The notes: generated from the letters alone by a model not told the origin. A stretch of DNA of 64,000 bases from an uncultured Candidatus Woesearchaeota archaeon (GCA_963717515.1 OY970338.1:1595593-1659592), one strand, 5' to 3'; shown: positions 47,657 through 58,610, numbered from the stretch's first letter. Made by a program: numbers and translations.

Positions 47657-48937
47657 TCAATCAGACAGGTATTCATCCGGCGTTATCCTCTCGTTTATCT
47701 CGCCCCTCAGGTTCTTAGGCAATAGCTCTCTGACTTTTTCCTTCGGGTAGTTTCCCATGAGCCAGGACAATTTCATGAACGCTGTCTCTGGGAGAATGTC
47801 CTCGCAGAATATCACACCGATGTCACGCAGCCTCCTGAGGTTCGAATAAACATCTGCATGCACCCTGCCGTAGATGCACTGGGATGTCATGGCGACAATC
47901 CCTCCTGATTCGATATATTTTTTTAGTATTTCGTAATTTTTCAGGTTGTCCTGCCCCAGATTTGTCGGGGCATGGCCGAGGCCTGTGCCTTCTATGACGA
48001 TTGCTTGGTAATTCTTCGCGTAAAATCTGACAAGCTTAGGTGAAAGGCCTGGGTGGGTCTTGAGCAGTCCGACTCCGTTGCTCATCTTATTCTTGAGCAG
48101 AATCCCGTCTGGCTTATCAGGATAATCTTTCACCTGCTCAATCTTTCCGGTCTCATAATACACATATGCATAAGGCTTGTCATTGACTGCCCTGAAGGCA
48201 TCCCTCCTGCTCGTGTGCATCTTCCTTGCCTTTGTGCCTGCGATTATTGCACACCTGTCGTCGCTGCTCGAGTCGTGCATGCATGTCGCTACACCGGAAA
48301 AATCAGTCTTTGCTATGAAATTCGCAGCGCATATGAGGTTCTGCACAGCGTCTGTCGAGCCCCTGTCCGAAGACCTCTGGGAGCCGACGAGGAGCAATGG
48401 GATATTGAGCTTTTCGAACATGAACGATAATGCTGCTGCGGTATAGCCAAGGGTGTCTGTGCCGTGGCCGATTATCACGCCTTTCACACCGTCTGATGCA
48501 TGTCTCTTGACAGCCTTTGCAATCTTCTCATGGTCAGAGAAACCCATGTCCTCGCTCATCATGTTCGCGACAAGCTCTGTCTTGATATTTGCTATTTTTG
48601 CAAGTTCAGGCACCATCTCAATCAGATCCTCTGCTGAGAACTTGGCTGATACGCCCCCTGTCTCATAGTCCACTTTTGATGCTATTGTCCCGCCTGTGTG
48701 GAGCACTGCGATAGTGGGCTTGTTTTTATCAGGCTTCAGATTTTTTTTCACATTTATTTTTGCGTTTGGTGAACCGAGAATATCGATCTTCTTTATCTTC
48801 TTTTTGTCGATGCCTATATTGTACCCGCTCTCAAGCTTAAGTACAAGTGAATCAGACTGCTCATTGGGCATCATGAGCCCTTCATGGCTGTCATTCTTAG
48901 TTGCCACCCTCACCCTGTCGCCTGGTTTTGCTTCCAT
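47657..48937 (-). CDS. gatD: Glu-tRNA(Gln) amidotransferase subunit D
   Basis: KLESGYNIG, TGGTIASKVDY, HGTDT, GSQRSSDRGS, KMHTSRRDAF. Confidence 0.96.
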   Translation of the reverse strand: MEAKPGDRVRVATKNDSHEGLMMPNEQSDSLVLKLESGYNIGIDKKKIKKIDILGSPNAKINVKKNLKPDKNKPTIAVLHTGGTIASKVDYETGGVSAKFSAEDLIEMVPELAKIANIKTELVANMMSEDMGFSDHEKIAKAVKRHASDGVKGVIIGHGTDTLGYTAAALSFMFEKLNIPLLLVGSQRSSDRGSTDAVQNLICAANFIAKTDFSGVATCMHDSSSDDRCAIIAGTKARKMHTSRRDAFRAVNDKPYAYVYYETGKIEQVKDYPDKPDGILLKNKMSNGVGLLKTHPGLSPKLVRFYAKNYQAIVIEGTGLGHAPTNLGQDNLKNYEILKKYIESGGIVAMTSQCIYGRVHADVYSNLRRLRDIGVIFCEDILPETAFMKLSWLMGNYPKEKVRELLPKNLRGEINERITPDEYLSD

Positions 48938-48976
48938 GAGAATGTCTATATCCTGTCTCTATTTAAAATTTTTTGT

Positions 48977-49303
48977 TTAATCAGGCACCTCGCCCTTGAT
49001 GAACCGATAGTATAGATGATAGAGGCTGCATGACAGCGTATAGGGCAGGATTGCGACTATGAAGATAAGATAGAGCACCTGGTAGATGTAATCACCGATA
49101 AGAAATCCCAGGTAATATGTGTTTGTATCCGGGTCAGGGTTGATGGGGCACAGCCCTATGTGCGGCGGGGAATCGAAGACTTTGCAGGGGACTATGCTGA
49201 CATATGAAAAGAGGGGCACTAAGAGCTTGAACACAAGCCCGATGCATATGAGAGTAAGGCTGATGTTTATGATGTTCGGCTTGTAGAAAGTCTTTATCTT
49301 CAT
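48977..49303 (-). CDS. Hypothetical membrane protein
   Basis: Two hydrophobic segments with a Cys-containing loop. Confidence 0.6.
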   Translation of the reverse strand: MKIKTFYKPNIINISLTLICIGLVFKLLVPLFSYVSIVPCKVFDSPPHIGLCPINPDPDTNTYYLGFLIGDYIYQVLYLIFIVAILPYTLSCSLYHLYYRFIKGEVPD

Positions 49304-49341
49304 CAGGTATTTTCATTTCAGCAGTCATATATAAATATTCC

Positions 49342-49893
49342 TCAAAACCCTTTCCTCTTCTTAAGAAAATCCACAAGCCCGTCAGGCAGAATAGGCGACC
49401 CTTCTTTTACCACGTACCTGAACGGCAGTATGACTGACTCGCCGTCCCTTATGTCAATCTCAATGTCATCCTGGAACTCCAGTTCAGACATCTTCCCTCC
49501 ATGCTTTATGTGCTCTGCCACATACACTGCAGTGTCTGTCGAGAACTGCGCCTTTCCCAGGTTCCTCCTCTCTGCATCGATGTCAAGCTCAGCACCCGTC
49601 CTCTTCTGCATGGGCTCATCGCCGAGGATCCCGCCGAGGACAAGATAGTCAAAATGATCATCAGAAGAAAGGGTCTTCTTTGCAAACGGGTCAAGGACGC
49701 AGGCATTCTTAAGCCCTAACTCCTTCACTCTCCCTGTGCTGACAGTGCCATAAGACTCAAGCTTGGTGGCATCCTTCTCCCTGATGTTTGTGAAGATTAC
49801 ATTCGCCCTGCCTGCGATATCAGAGATATGGACATACTCGAGCATGCACCACCGAAAGAGCCTCGGCTCAAGGTGCTCAATCACATATCTCAT
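49342..49893 (-). CDS. Sfm1-like SPOUT methyltransferase
   Basis: VIEHLE, LEY, VLDP, GGILGD, QFSTDTA, LPFRY. Confidence 0.85.
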   Translation of the reverse strand: MRYVIEHLEPRLFRWCMLEYVHISDIAGRANVIFTNIREKDATKLESYGTVSTGRVKELGLKNACVLDPFAKKTLSSDDHFDYLVLGGILGDEPMQKRTGAELDIDAERRNLGKAQFSTDTAVYVAEHIKHGGKMSELEFQDDIEIDIRDGESVILPFRYVVKEGSPILPDGLVDFLKKRKGF

Positions 49894-49897
49894 AGAA

Positions 49898-50197
49898 TTA
49901 CCCTGATTCCTTGATCGCCCGGTTGATGTCAAAGGTATCCTGCTCAATATCTGTACTGCTGCAGTATGGGCATCTCAAGGCAATATTTGAGCCGACCTTG
50001 CGCGTGAACTTGTAGTGGCATTTCATGCAGATGTATTTCTCGAAATCCCTGTTGGGCCTTGCAGGCTGTGATCCACTGCTCTTCCTGACAGTTATCTCAA
50101 TGCCCTTCTTCTCATCAGGGCGCCCGCCTTCCTTGTCCACAGGCCTAATTATCAGCTTGTCCTCATCATCATCCTGACGAATCTTTATCTTGTCCAT
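49898..50197 (-). CDS. Zinc-ribbon protein
   Basis: CMKC...CPYC. Confidence 0.7.
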   Translation of the reverse strand: MDKIKIRQDDDEDKLIIRPVDKEGGRPDEKKGIEITVRKSSGSQPARPNRDFEKYICMKCHYKFTRKVGSNIALRCPYCSSTDIEQDTFDINRAIKESG

Positions 50198-50233
50198 GGC
50201 AATCTGCATAAAAGTCCAAGTATAAAAAATTTA

Positions 50234-50816
50234 CTATTGGGCAGGTTCCTCTCTCCTGATATCATGGCTTTCCAGGGATGCCTCGACATCGTCCCTGAAC
50301 CTGGGATTGATGTTATCTAGAGCCCAGACAGACTTATCCCTGACTGAATAATTGATCTTCTCATCCTCGATGCGCTTGACAAGCTTCTTTCTGGACAGGA
50401 TGTTCCCGTCCCGGACCAAGGCACCCTCAGCAAGTACGTCAGTCTTGAGCTCGAGGCTGAGCACCTGCTTGTCCCGCCTTCCTTCCTCCCTGAAATGATA
50501 AGAACTTACAGCAGTGTACGGGCAAAAAATAGACATACCTGGAGACATTCTTGTCGAAAAGTATCATTCCATGGAGCAGGAATATAAGATGCTGCCACCT
50601 GGAATTAACATAGGCCTTCTCAAAGTCGTTCTCTTGAAGCCTGAATCCGCTGATTAGGTTCTTGATGGTCCTGCTTGGTTTTTTCCTGATGTAAATCTTG
50701 CCTTTGCTGATGAGCGGGTATATGCCTATGTAGTAAGTCAAGAGGATTGTCAGAAGGACAGTAAGTATGGCGACGATGTATAGTACAGGGATAGCGATGC
50801 TCTCAGGCATTGGCAT
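50234..50816 (-). pseudogene. Membrane-anchored hypothetical protein with a probable frameshift in a T6 run
   Basis: Removing one base from the A6 at 50524-50529 joins ORFs 50439-50837 and 50234-50548 (RYVYF-CPYTAV). Confidence 0.55.
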
Positions 50817-50859
50817 ACAATAAGAATTCAATATCAAAATATAAAAAATTTACTAAAAA

Positions 50860-53364
50860 TCAGCCCATATAGGTCGGCTTCTCATCCTGCATCTCCTTGC
50901 TTTTGGCCTGGCTGAAATGCTTCTTCATGGACTCATAGGACTTCTCTATATCATCAGTTATGCTCGGACGGACTTTCTCAAGGGCCTTGTCAAAGTATTT
51001 AGCCGAAACCTCTTTTACATCCATGCTGTCCCTCAGCGCCAGGATTGCTGCTTCCCTGCATACAGCCTCGATGTCTGCTCCGACATACCCTTTGGTCTTC
51101 TTCGCAAGGACCTTGAAATCCACATCCTTCAAAGGCATCGACTTTGCATGTATCCTGAATATCTCTTCCCTTGACTTCTCATCAGGAGCATTTGCAAGGA
51201 CTATCCTGTCGAACCTGCCTGGACGAAGCATCGCAGTATCGAGCATGTCAGGCCTGTTCGTGGCTGCGATTATCACGACCTCATCGAGATTTTCAAGCCC
51301 GTCCATCTCTGTCAGCAGCTGGTTGACGACATTCTCTGAGCTCTGCGAGCCGAAGTCGCGCCCTCTTCTCGGGGCCAGGCTCTCTATCTCATCAAAGAAG
51401 ATTATCGTCGGTGCTGTCTGCCTTGCCTTCTTGAATATCTTTCTTACAGCCTTCTCCGACTCACCGACCCACTTCGACAGGAGTTCAGGGCCCTTTACAG
51501 GGATGAAATTCGCCTGCGACTCTGTGGCTACAGCCCGGGCAAGAAATGTCTTCCCCGTGCCTGGCGCACCATAGATGAGGACGCCTGACGGCGGAGATAC
51601 CCCAAGTCTCTTGAATGCTCCGGGATGCTTTAGCGGCCATTCAACAGCCTCTATGAGCTCCTGCTTGACATCCTCAAGACCGCCTATGTCGCTCCATTTA
51701 ACGTTCGGCACCTCGACAAGGACCTCTCGCATGGCGGATGGCCTCACGACCTTGAGAGATTCCTTGAAATCATTCATATTTATCTGAAGCTTCTCGAGCA
51801 CCTCTTTTGGAATCGCCTCGTCCTCCTCGAGCTTTAGGTCAGGAAGGAGCCTCCTGAGAACTACCATAGCAGCTTCTTTTGCCAGGGAGGACAGGTCAGC
51901 ACCTACGAATCCATATGTGATGGATGCCAGGCTCTGAAGATTGACTATCTTGGAATTTTTATTGATGGTATCAATGTATCTCTTCAGTTTCACATTGTCC
52001 AGATTCTTGAAAAGGACAGACTTGTCAGGATTGTCCTTGAGGTATTTGCTTATCGTTTTATCAAGATTCTTTGAATTGAAAAGGTCCATGTTCCGTGAGG
52101 CATTAAGCAGAAGGTCTATGGCTTTCTTATAGGGCATATCATCCTTTTCAAATTTAATCTCGTTCAGTGAATTCACCTTGGAATACAAGGGCATGTTCCT
52201 GGTGTGGATCTTCAGGATGCCGAGCCTTCCCTGCTTGTTGGGAACGCCAATCTCAATCTCCCTGTCGAACCTTCCCGGCCTTCTCAGGGCAGGATCAAGC
52301 GAGTCCGGTATGTTCGTAGCTGCGATGACGACTACCTTGCCCCGTGACTGCAGACCGTCCATCTGGGCGAGGAGCTGGGCAACTACCCTCCTTTCCACCT
52401 CACCGTATGATTCCTCCCTCTTAGGGGCGATTGCGTCAATCTCGTCTATGAATATTATCGAAGGTGCGTTCTTCTCAGCATCCTCAAACTTCTTCCTCAC
52501 ATTCGCTTCGCTCTGGCCGTAGAATTTTGACATTATCTCAGGCCCGTTAATGACTGAGAAATTGGAAGCTGTCTCGTTCGCGACCGCTTTTGCGAGCAGG
52601 GTCTTTCCTGTGCCCGGCGGACCGTGGAGCAGGACGCCTTTCGGCGGCTCGATGCCGAGCCTCTCGAATATCTCCGGGTGCTTGAGGGGAAGCTCGACCA
52701 TCTCCCTTATCTTCTTAATCTCGTCCTGGAGCCCGCCGATGTCTTCATATGTCACCTCGAGGACCTTGTCCTCTGTGACATCGATGGCTTCAGGGTTGAA
52801 GACTACCTCTGTGATGTCTGAAATGACCACAGCCTGGTTTGGCTTTGCGTCTGCGACGATGAACTTGATGTCTGAGAACCCCAGTCCCGGGAGGTCGAAA
52901 GGCAGGTCTGAGAATATGTCATTGTACATGGGGGAGTCCTCCATGGTCGTCATTCGCCTTGACACCCCTCCAAGGGATACGATGTCGCCTTTCATGACAG
53001 CCCTTCCGAGAAGCCCTCTCTTGAATATGGCAGGCGATGCCCTGACGTGGATCCCTTTCTGGACAGGGGCTATCACGACCTTCTTTGCCTCGACGACATC
53101 TGCCTTGCTTATGACCACTGTCTCGCCTATCCCTGTCTTTGCATTCCTCCTGACAATGCCGTCCATCCTTATGATGTTGAGCCCTATGTCGCCGGGATAT
53201 GCCCTGTCTGCTATGCCTACTGTCTTTCTCTCGCCTGCTATCTGGACGATGTCTCCCGGCCTGATGCCTATCTGGAGCATGAAACTGTTGTCTATCCTGA
53301 CTATGCCCTTGTTCACGTCATCCTGGATTGCCTCGGCAACCTTTAGTCTCAATTCTCCTGCCAT
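50860..53364 (-). CDS. cdc48: Cdc48/VCP AAA+ ATPase
   Basis: N domain; GPPGTGKT and [13 protein letters not shown] and FDEIE; RPGRFD twice. Confidence 0.96.
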   Translation of the reverse strand: MAGELRLKVAEAIQDDVNKGIVRIDNSFMLQIGIRPGDIVQIAGERKTVGIADRAYPGDIGLNIIRMDGIVRRNAKTGIGETVVISKADVVEAKKVVIAPVQKGIHVRASPAIFKRGLLGRAVMKGDIVSLGGVSRRMTTMEDSPMYNDIFSDLPFDLPGLGFSDIKFIVADAKPNQAVVISDITEVVFNPEAIDVTEDKVLEVTYEDIGGLQDEIKKIREMVELPLKHPEIFERLGIEPPKGVLLHGPPGTGKTLLAKAVANETASNFSVINGPEIMSKFYGQSEANVRKKFEDAEKNAPSIIFIDEIDAIAPKREESYGEVERRVVAQLLAQMDGLQSRGKVVVIAATNIPDSLDPALRRPGRFDREIEIGVPNKQGRLGILKIHTRNMPLYSKVNSLNEIKFEKDDMPYKKAIDLLLNASRNMDLFNSKNLDKTISKYLKDNPDKSVLFKNLDNVKLKRYIDTINKNSKIVNLQSLASITYGFVGADLSSLAKEAAMVVLRRLLPDLKLEEDEAIPKEVLEKLQINMNDFKESLKVVRPSAMREVLVEVPNVKWSDIGGLEDVKQELIEAVEWPLKHPGAFKRLGVSPPSGVLIYGAPGTGKTFLARAVATESQANFIPVKGPELLSKWVGESEKAVRKIFKKARQTAPTIIFFDEIESLAPRRGRDFGSQSSENVVNQLLTEMDGLENLDEVVIIAATNRPDMLDTAMLRPGRFDRIVLANAPDEKSREEIFRIHAKSMPLKDVDFKVLAKKTKGYVGADIEAVCREAAILALRDSMDVKEVSAKYFDKALEKVRPSITDDIEKSYESMKKHFSQAKSKEMQDEKPTYMG

Positions 53365-53414
53365 GGTATCACCTGGTAATGATTACTAATAGATAAATCT
53401 TCTGGAAAAGAAGC

Positions 53415-53825
53415 CTATTGCTTAATCTGGACCTTGGGAAGAGGCACAGACGGGGGAAGGTTGACATCCCTGCTGATTATGAGCGCCTGCACATTGCATC
53501 TTGTAAGCACTGTGTTCAGGACAGTCCCCATCACATTCTGGGGCAGCTTCTTGTTCTTTTTCCATTCATCAAGGATGGACTTTGCGCCTTTCTCGTCAGC
53601 GAGGAACAGCAGGTCGCCCTCAAGCTCGATATTGCCTATCTTCGGCTCGTAGTTTGATATGTAGTTGAACATTATCTTCACACCCTGCTGCTTGTCCTTC
53701 CCAAGAGACAGGTCTGCTTTCTCCACATCCTTGAGATTGACCCTGTTGCTGATGTTTATCTTGCCCTTTATCGGGGCTGTCTTCTCAGCGTGTATCTTTG
53801 AAAAATTGAACCCTACAACTGCCAT
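53415..53825 (-). CDS. Hypothetical protein (possibly SecB-like fold)
   Basis: Beta-rich N-terminal half, helix and LPPSVPLP tail; upstream of cdc48. Confidence 0.6.
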   Translation of the reverse strand: MAVVGFNFSKIHAEKTAPIKGKINISNRVNLKDVEKADLSLGKDKQQGVKIMFNYISNYEPKIGNIELEGDLLFLADEKGAKSILDEWKKNKKLPQNVMGTVLNTVLTRCNVQALIISRDVNLPPSVPLPKVQIKQ

Positions 53826-53943
53826 ATTTCATCACCTGGTATTTTTTTAAATCGGATATCCGTATACTATATAAAGGTTTTGGAAGAGGCAATTCTATGA
53901 TTTTCCCTATATCAAATCATTTAAATATGATAGTAGTTTCACG

Positions 53944-54864
53944 ATGCATAAGATGAAGAAAGTCAGCCAGATGAAGATTGCCAAGGGCATGGATGTGGGC
54001 GCGCTTGTCCGGGAGATGGAGAAGAGCGGGGTGTTCGGAGCCGGAAGGATAGCGAGGGCAGCGTCCATATTGAGGAAGATGCATTCTGACAGGCAATGCA
54101 CGGTCTTTCTCGGGCTGGCTGGAGCGCTCGTCCCCGGCGGCATGAAGAACGTGATAATAGACATGCTAAAAGGCGGCTATGCAGACGTGCTGGTGACGAC
54201 CGGTGCGAACCTCACCCATGACCTTGTCGAGGCCCTCGGACACAATCATTTCCAGGGCAATGCCGATGTCGACGACAAGAAACTGTTCAAGAAGAAGATC
54301 GACAGGATATACGACTCGTTCATGCCGAACGAGGTCTACGGCACGATGGAGGATTTCTTCAACAAGCATTTTGATTCTCTTTCCATGGAGAAGACCATAA
54401 CAGGATTCCTGCAAAAGCTTGGCAGCCTCGTTCCAAAAAAGGATTCCATCCTCAGGGTCTGCCACGACAGGAAGATCCCTGTGTTCTGCCCGGCGATCTC
54501 CGACTCGGGCATCGGCCTGATGATGTGGGGGCACCTTGCCCAGGGCAAGACAGTCGAGACAGGGGCGTTCGACGACCTCAGGGAGATGATGAGCATCGCC
54601 TGGGACACGAAGAAGGCAGGGGTCATATATCTCGGCGGGGGAGTGCCCAAGAACTATATCCAGCAGGCGATGCAGTTCGCGCCGAAAGGGGCTGACTACG
54701 GCATCCAGGTGACCATGGACAGGCCTGAGCCAGGGGGCTCGAGCGGGGCAGAGCTGCGCGAGGGCATATCCTGGGGAAAGATGTCAGGGAAAGGTAATTT
54801 CGTGGACGTGATATGCGACGTCACCATCGCCCTGCCGCTCATTTACGGGGCTGCGTTGTCATAG
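53944..54864 (+). CDS. dys: Deoxyhypusine synthase
   Basis: TTGANLTHD, DRIYD, CPAISDS, GGGVPKN, GGSSGA, EGISWGK, DVTIALP. Confidence 0.93.
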   Translation: MHKMKKVSQMKIAKGMDVGALVREMEKSGVFGAGRIARAASILRKMHSDRQCTVFLGLAGALVPGGMKNVIIDMLKGGYADVLVTTGANLTHDLVEALGHNHFQGNADVDDKKLFKKKIDRIYDSFMPNEVYGTMEDFFNKHFDSLSMEKTITGFLQKLGSLVPKKDSILRVCHDRKIPVFCPAISDSGIGLMMWGHLAQGKTVETGAFDDLREMMSIAWDTKKAGVIYLGGGVPKNYIQQAMQFAPKGADYGIQVTMDRPEPGGSSGAELREGISWGKMSGKGNFVDVICDVTIALPLIYGAALS

Positions 54865-55341
54865 CCTGTGCATGCCTGTGCCCAGGGCGACAAGATAAGG
54901 CACAAGGAACAAGACAATGAATATTATTATCACTTCAGGGACATTGTAAGTAAGCGGTGCCCTGAAAGCATTGTTGAGATTCTCTGCGATTGTCATTATT
55001 ATGGCTATGTCCAAGACAGCAAGCGCCGGGATGAAAATGCCTGCCACGATCGTATGGCGCTGCTTGAGATGCTCAAGCCCGAGCATCAGCAGGTTGAACA
55101 GGAACCCGAACACAAGACCGAAAATGCCGACAGCAAGATAGAGCCTCAGCCCTTCAAAGAACATCAGGAATGGTATGAGGAAAAGGCATGCGATGAAATT
55201 GAACACTGCAAGGATTGCAAGCGATGTCCAGTACACGAATGTATCGAGCTTCTCTGTGACCTTCCTGTTGTGCATGTCCCTGTGCTTTCTCAGATTCTCA
55301 GAAGATTCCTTCATGAGCTGTGCGCTGGATTTCTTTTTCAT
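54859..55341 (-). CDS. Hypothetical 4-TM membrane protein
   Basis: Hydrophobicity pattern. Confidence 0.65.
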   Translation of the reverse strand: MKKKSSAQLMKESSENLRKHRDMHNRKVTEKLDTFVYWTSLAILAVFNFIACLFLIPFLMFFEGLRLYLAVGIFGLVFGFLFNLLMLGLEHLKQRHTIVAGIFIPALAVLDIAIIMTIAENLNNAFRAPLTYNVPEVIIIFIVLFLVPYLVALGTGMHRL

Positions 55342-55386
55342 GCTGCATAATCGGGATGGATTATTATTTAAATCTTTTTAAAAAAG

Positions 55387-56175
55387 CTAGCTGCTGAAAC
55401 CAAGCCTGTCCATGATGTCTGAGAATGCAGAAACCTTCTCCTTTTCCTCAAGCTGCTCGACATACTTCGTGCCTATCAGCATGCTGGCAAGCTTCTTGTA
55501 GCTGACGGATGCAGGGCTGTTCGGATCAGAGACAATGGAGGGCGTATTCCTCTGCAATGAGCTGCTTATCTCCCTGTCCTCGGGAATTATCCCTATGATG
55601 GGTTTTCCCAGGAATTCAGAGATATTCTCTGTCTTCATCTCATAATCCTCTCCCTTCTGCCTGTTCACGACCACACCGAACACTTTCTTCTCAAGCTCCT
55701 CTGCAAGCCTGACAAGCTTCAGGCTCCCTGTTACAGAAACGAGGTCAGGGGTCGTGATTATCAGCACATAGTCCGATACCCGTATCACTGTCCGTGCATC
55801 CTGGCCAAAGCCAGGAGTCGAATCGATTATAACCGTCTCAGCGGTTCCCATCAGGTCGTATATGACATTCATCAGGTTCTTGGTCTTTGCCTCCCTCCCT
55901 TCCTTATATGAGATGTCCCCGGGGATTATCCTTATGCCTGTGGGATGCCTGTATACGCTCTCGCGGATATTGTGCTTTCCCTTGAGCGCAGAATGGAGGT
56001 TCTTGTCTGTCCGGGGCACGCCCAGGTGGATGCCCATGTCAGGGTTGGCGAAATTCGCATCAAGAGCAATCACATTCCTCCTGAAGAAGTCCATGGCAGA
56101 TGCCAGGTTTATTGCTGTTGTCGTCTTGCCGACCCCGCCCTTGGCGGATATGATCCCGATAAATTTAGTCATCAT
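55387..56175 (-). CDS. MinD/ParA family ATPase
   Basis: KGGVGKTT deviant Walker A, IIDSTPG, VVNR, IPED. Confidence 0.9.
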   Translation of the reverse strand: MMTKFIGIISAKGGVGKTTTAINLASAMDFFRRNVIALDANFANPDMGIHLGVPRTDKNLHSALKGKHNIRESVYRHPTGIRIIPGDISYKEGREAKTKNLMNVIYDLMGTAETVIIDSTPGFGQDARTVIRVSDYVLIITTPDLVSVTGSLKLVRLAEELEKKVFGVVVNRQKGEDYEMKTENISEFLGKPIIGIIPEDREISSSLQRNTPSIVSDPNSPASVSYKKLASMLIGTKYVEQLEEKEKVSAFSDIMDRLGFSS

Positions 56176-56617
56176 AGGTCTCTTCGAGATACTCGATGAG
56201 CTCTTTTGCCCTGGCGTAGTATTCAGTGACCTTGTCTATGTTGATAGTTATGTCTTCTCCCTCAATCTTCACTATCATGCCGACATGCCTCCTGTATTCA
56301 TTTATCTTCTCGTACTTGGTCCTTAGGATCGCCCTCTGGAGCATGTACTCTTTGACAGCCAGGAGTATCCGGTCATCTTCCTCGTAGAATTTCTCGAGCT
56401 CTTCGCACCGCAGCTTAGGAGCTGTCGGTATCTCAGCTATCTTCCCCTCATCAAGGATCTTCTGGAGCAGTGCCTCTGCCACGAAGTCGAATGAGCTGAT
56501 GAGCCTGTCCAGCACATTCCTTATCACATCGACTGTGCGTGTGTATTTCAGGCTGACATAGATAAGATGGTCAACCCTCTTGAGCTCTTCCTTGGCGTTC
56601 TTAAGCAGGTCTTTCAT
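56165..56617 (-). CDS. Hypothetical helical protein (paralogue of 56601-57083)
   Basis: Shared L.NAK..L...DH and (Y/F)RR pattern. Confidence 0.7.
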   Translation of the reverse strand: MKDLLKNAKEELKRVDHLIYVSLKYTRTVDVIRNVLDRLISSFDFVAEALLQKILDEGKIAEIPTAPKLRCEELEKFYEEDDRILLAVKEYMLQRAILRTKYEKINEYRRHVGMIVKIEGEDITINIDKVTEYYARAKELIEYLEETYDD

Positions 56618-57083
56618 TTATCCTCACCATGTTTTCAGTCTCCCTTATGAATGCCTTTGCCTTCTCGATATATGCCTTGATGTTCTCGATCGATATCACT
56701 TTGAGCCTGTAATTGTCCGAGCATATCACGAACTTGTCCTGCCTGCGGAATTCCACCGGGCTCTTCTTGTGCTCTGCAAGGATGTTCTTGATGTCCTGTA
56801 TAAGCGTGATATACTCTATGTTTATGTTATAGCGCCTTGTTATGCGGGCCTTGAACGCATTGAACATGCTGTCGAAGTCCTCCTGGAACGGCGGTATCCT
56901 CTTGTACATCCTCTCGTAATGGAGTACTGTCGCAAGGGTGTATTTCAGCGATGTGTTTATCCTCTCTAATATCGCGAGGAGGAGCTTGGGGTCGCTTACG
57001 ACCTTGTAGGTGACATTCATCATGTGATCAGCGACCTGCAGGGTCTTTTTTGCGTTTTGCAGAGCCAGCTCGTGTTTTTCCAT
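56601..57083 (-). CDS. Hypothetical helical protein (paralogue of 56165-56617)
   Basis: Same pattern; overlapping operon arrangement. Confidence 0.7.
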   Translation of the reverse strand: MEKHELALQNAKKTLQVADHMMNVTYKVVSDPKLLLAILERINTSLKYTLATVLHYERMYKRIPPFQEDFDSMFNAFKARITRRYNINIEYITLIQDIKNILAEHKKSPVEFRRQDKFVICSDNYRLKVISIENIKAYIEKAKAFIRETENMVRINERPA

Positions 57084-57132
57084 ATTGAGAATAAGGGATT
57101 AAGTGAAATTCCTATATAAAGCTTTGTATATT

Positions 57133-57543
57133 TCAGATCTCTTCGACTGTCGAGAATATGCTCTCGAGACCCGGGCCCAGGGCATCGTCGTCAGCGACCT
57201 TGTCATGCAGGCTAGGCCGGATAATCCACTTCTTCTCTGTCGCTGAATCAGGGTTGACGAAATATATGGTCAGGCGGGGGAATTTCGCCAGCGCATGCCA
57301 GTTCTGGAGCAGGTGCTTTAGGTTGAACCTGGTGTTGAGGGTCACGATTGCGGCCGGCGTGTCCTTGAGCTTTGATATCACATCAGACAGGTCAGGGCTA
57401 ATCAGGTACTTTTCATCTCCTGCCTTGCGCCTGACTACAACCTCGCTTCCCTTCTCATCGATTGCAGTAATCGACTTGGTGAAGGAATCCCTAAACCTCA
57501 GAAAATCCACCAGCCATCTCCCAAGGTCTATCTGCTTTTTCAT
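57133..57543 (-). CDS. Hypothetical protein
   Basis: ORF with upstream TATA; FVNP..KWII.P..H pattern. Confidence 0.65.
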   Translation of the reverse strand: MKKQIDLGRWLVDFLRFRDSFTKSITAIDEKGSEVVVRRKAGDEKYLISPDLSDVISKLKDTPAAIVTLNTRFNLKHLLQNWHALAKFPRLTIYFVNPDSATEKKWIIRPSLHDKVADDDALGPGLESIFSTVEEI

Positions 57544-57631
57544 GCTATGTGCAGTCTGGATTTCTTTATTTAAATATTATGGTTTTACATCCTTCGATAG
57601 ATTTATTAATGTTTCCTGATTCTATTCCTGA

Positions 57632-58045
57632 ATGGAAAAAAGGCCTTTGGTCGGCATGGGGGTCGCAGTCCTGAAAGGAGATAAGGTGCTTCTAGGCAAG
57701 CGGAAGAACAGCCATGGCGAGGGCACATGGTGCTTTCCAGGCGGACACCAGGAGTTTGGGGAGAGCTTCGAGGACTGCGCAAGGCGGGAGACCCTCGAAG
57801 AGACTGGGATCAGGATAAAGAACATCAGGCTCGCGACTGTGACTAATGACATATTCGAGAAAGAGGGCAAGCATTACGTCACTGTATACATGGTGGCTGA
57901 ACATGATTCAGGCGAGGCAAGGGTAATGGAGCCTAACAAATGCGAGACGTGGGGATGGTTCAGATGGGACGAGCTTCCAAGATCGTTGTTTCTCTGCCTC
58001 GAGGATGCAATCAAGCAGGGCTTTGACCCGTTCAGGGTCCCGTAA
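57632..58045 (+). CDS. Nudix hydrolase (NUDT15-like)
   Basis: Nudix box GGHQEFGESFEDCARRETLEETG; EPNKCETWGW. Confidence 0.92.
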   Translation: MEKRPLVGMGVAVLKGDKVLLGKRKNSHGEGTWCFPGGHQEFGESFEDCARRETLEETGIRIKNIRLATVTNDIFEKEGKHYVTVYMVAEHDSGEARVMEPNKCETWGWFRWDELPRSLFLCLEDAIKQGFDPFRVP

Positions 58046-58077
58046 TATTTATAAGCAGCGCTTTTCTACTGTTTAAT

Positions 58078-58413
58078 ATGGGTGATGCTGACAAGGTTGC
58101 TTTCTGTGGGCTTTACTGCGCAGAGTGCTCCAAATTTCTTGATGAGAGATGTCCTGGGTGCAGGGAGAATGGGAAGGCAACCTGGTGCAAGGTGAGAGCA
58201 TGCTGCCTGGAGAATGACTTCGGAAGCTGCGCAGACTGCAGGGAATTTTCAGACCCGATGGACTGCAGGATGTACAACAATTTCTTCTCAAAAGTGATGG
58301 GTGTAGTTCTGCACTCTGACAGAGGCGCATGTATCAGAATGATTAAGCAAAAGGGCTATGATGGTTTTGCAGAACACATGGCAAAGAACAAGATGAGGAC
58401 AATCAGGAGGTAA
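58078..58413 (+). CDS. Cys-rich DUF3795-like protein
   Basis: AFCGLYCAEC, CPGC, CKVRACC, CADC. Confidence 0.75.
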   Translation: MGDADKVAFCGLYCAECSKFLDERCPGCRENGKATWCKVRACCLENDFGSCADCREFSDPMDCRMYNNFFSKVMGVVLHSDRGACIRMIKQKGYDGFAEHMAKNKMRTIRR

Positions 58414-58415
58414 TA

Positions 58416-58607
58416 ATGGACAAAGAAAATGAACAGAGGCGTCGTCGCAGGGAGGGCAGGTTCCCGACATTTGCTGTCGTGCTGCTGATCCTTGGCTTGA
58501 TATGGCTGCTCAGCGACCTTAATGTTATCAGGGTCGACATCCCCTGGATACCTATGGTGCTTGTGATTGTCGCTATCGGGATGATTGCAAACAGGTACAG
58601 GAGATAG
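58416..58607 (+). CDS. Small 2-TM membrane protein
   Basis: GGAGGT ribosome-binding site; LLILGLIWLL...WIPMVLVIV. Confidence 0.7.
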   Translation: MDKENEQRRRRREGRFPTFAVVLLILGLIWLLSDLNVIRVDIPWIPMVLVIVAIGMIANRYRR

Positions 58608-58610
58608 GCT

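Noticed and set aside
51945..52186. Intein in Cdc48
   Set aside because: No N-terminal Cys/Ser block and no C-terminal His-Asn followed by Cys/Ser/Thr.
28900..53389. Long antisense ORFs (e.g. 28900-29784, 32323-33117, 52550-53389)
   Set aside because: They shadow well-supported genes on the opposite strand and have no motifs.
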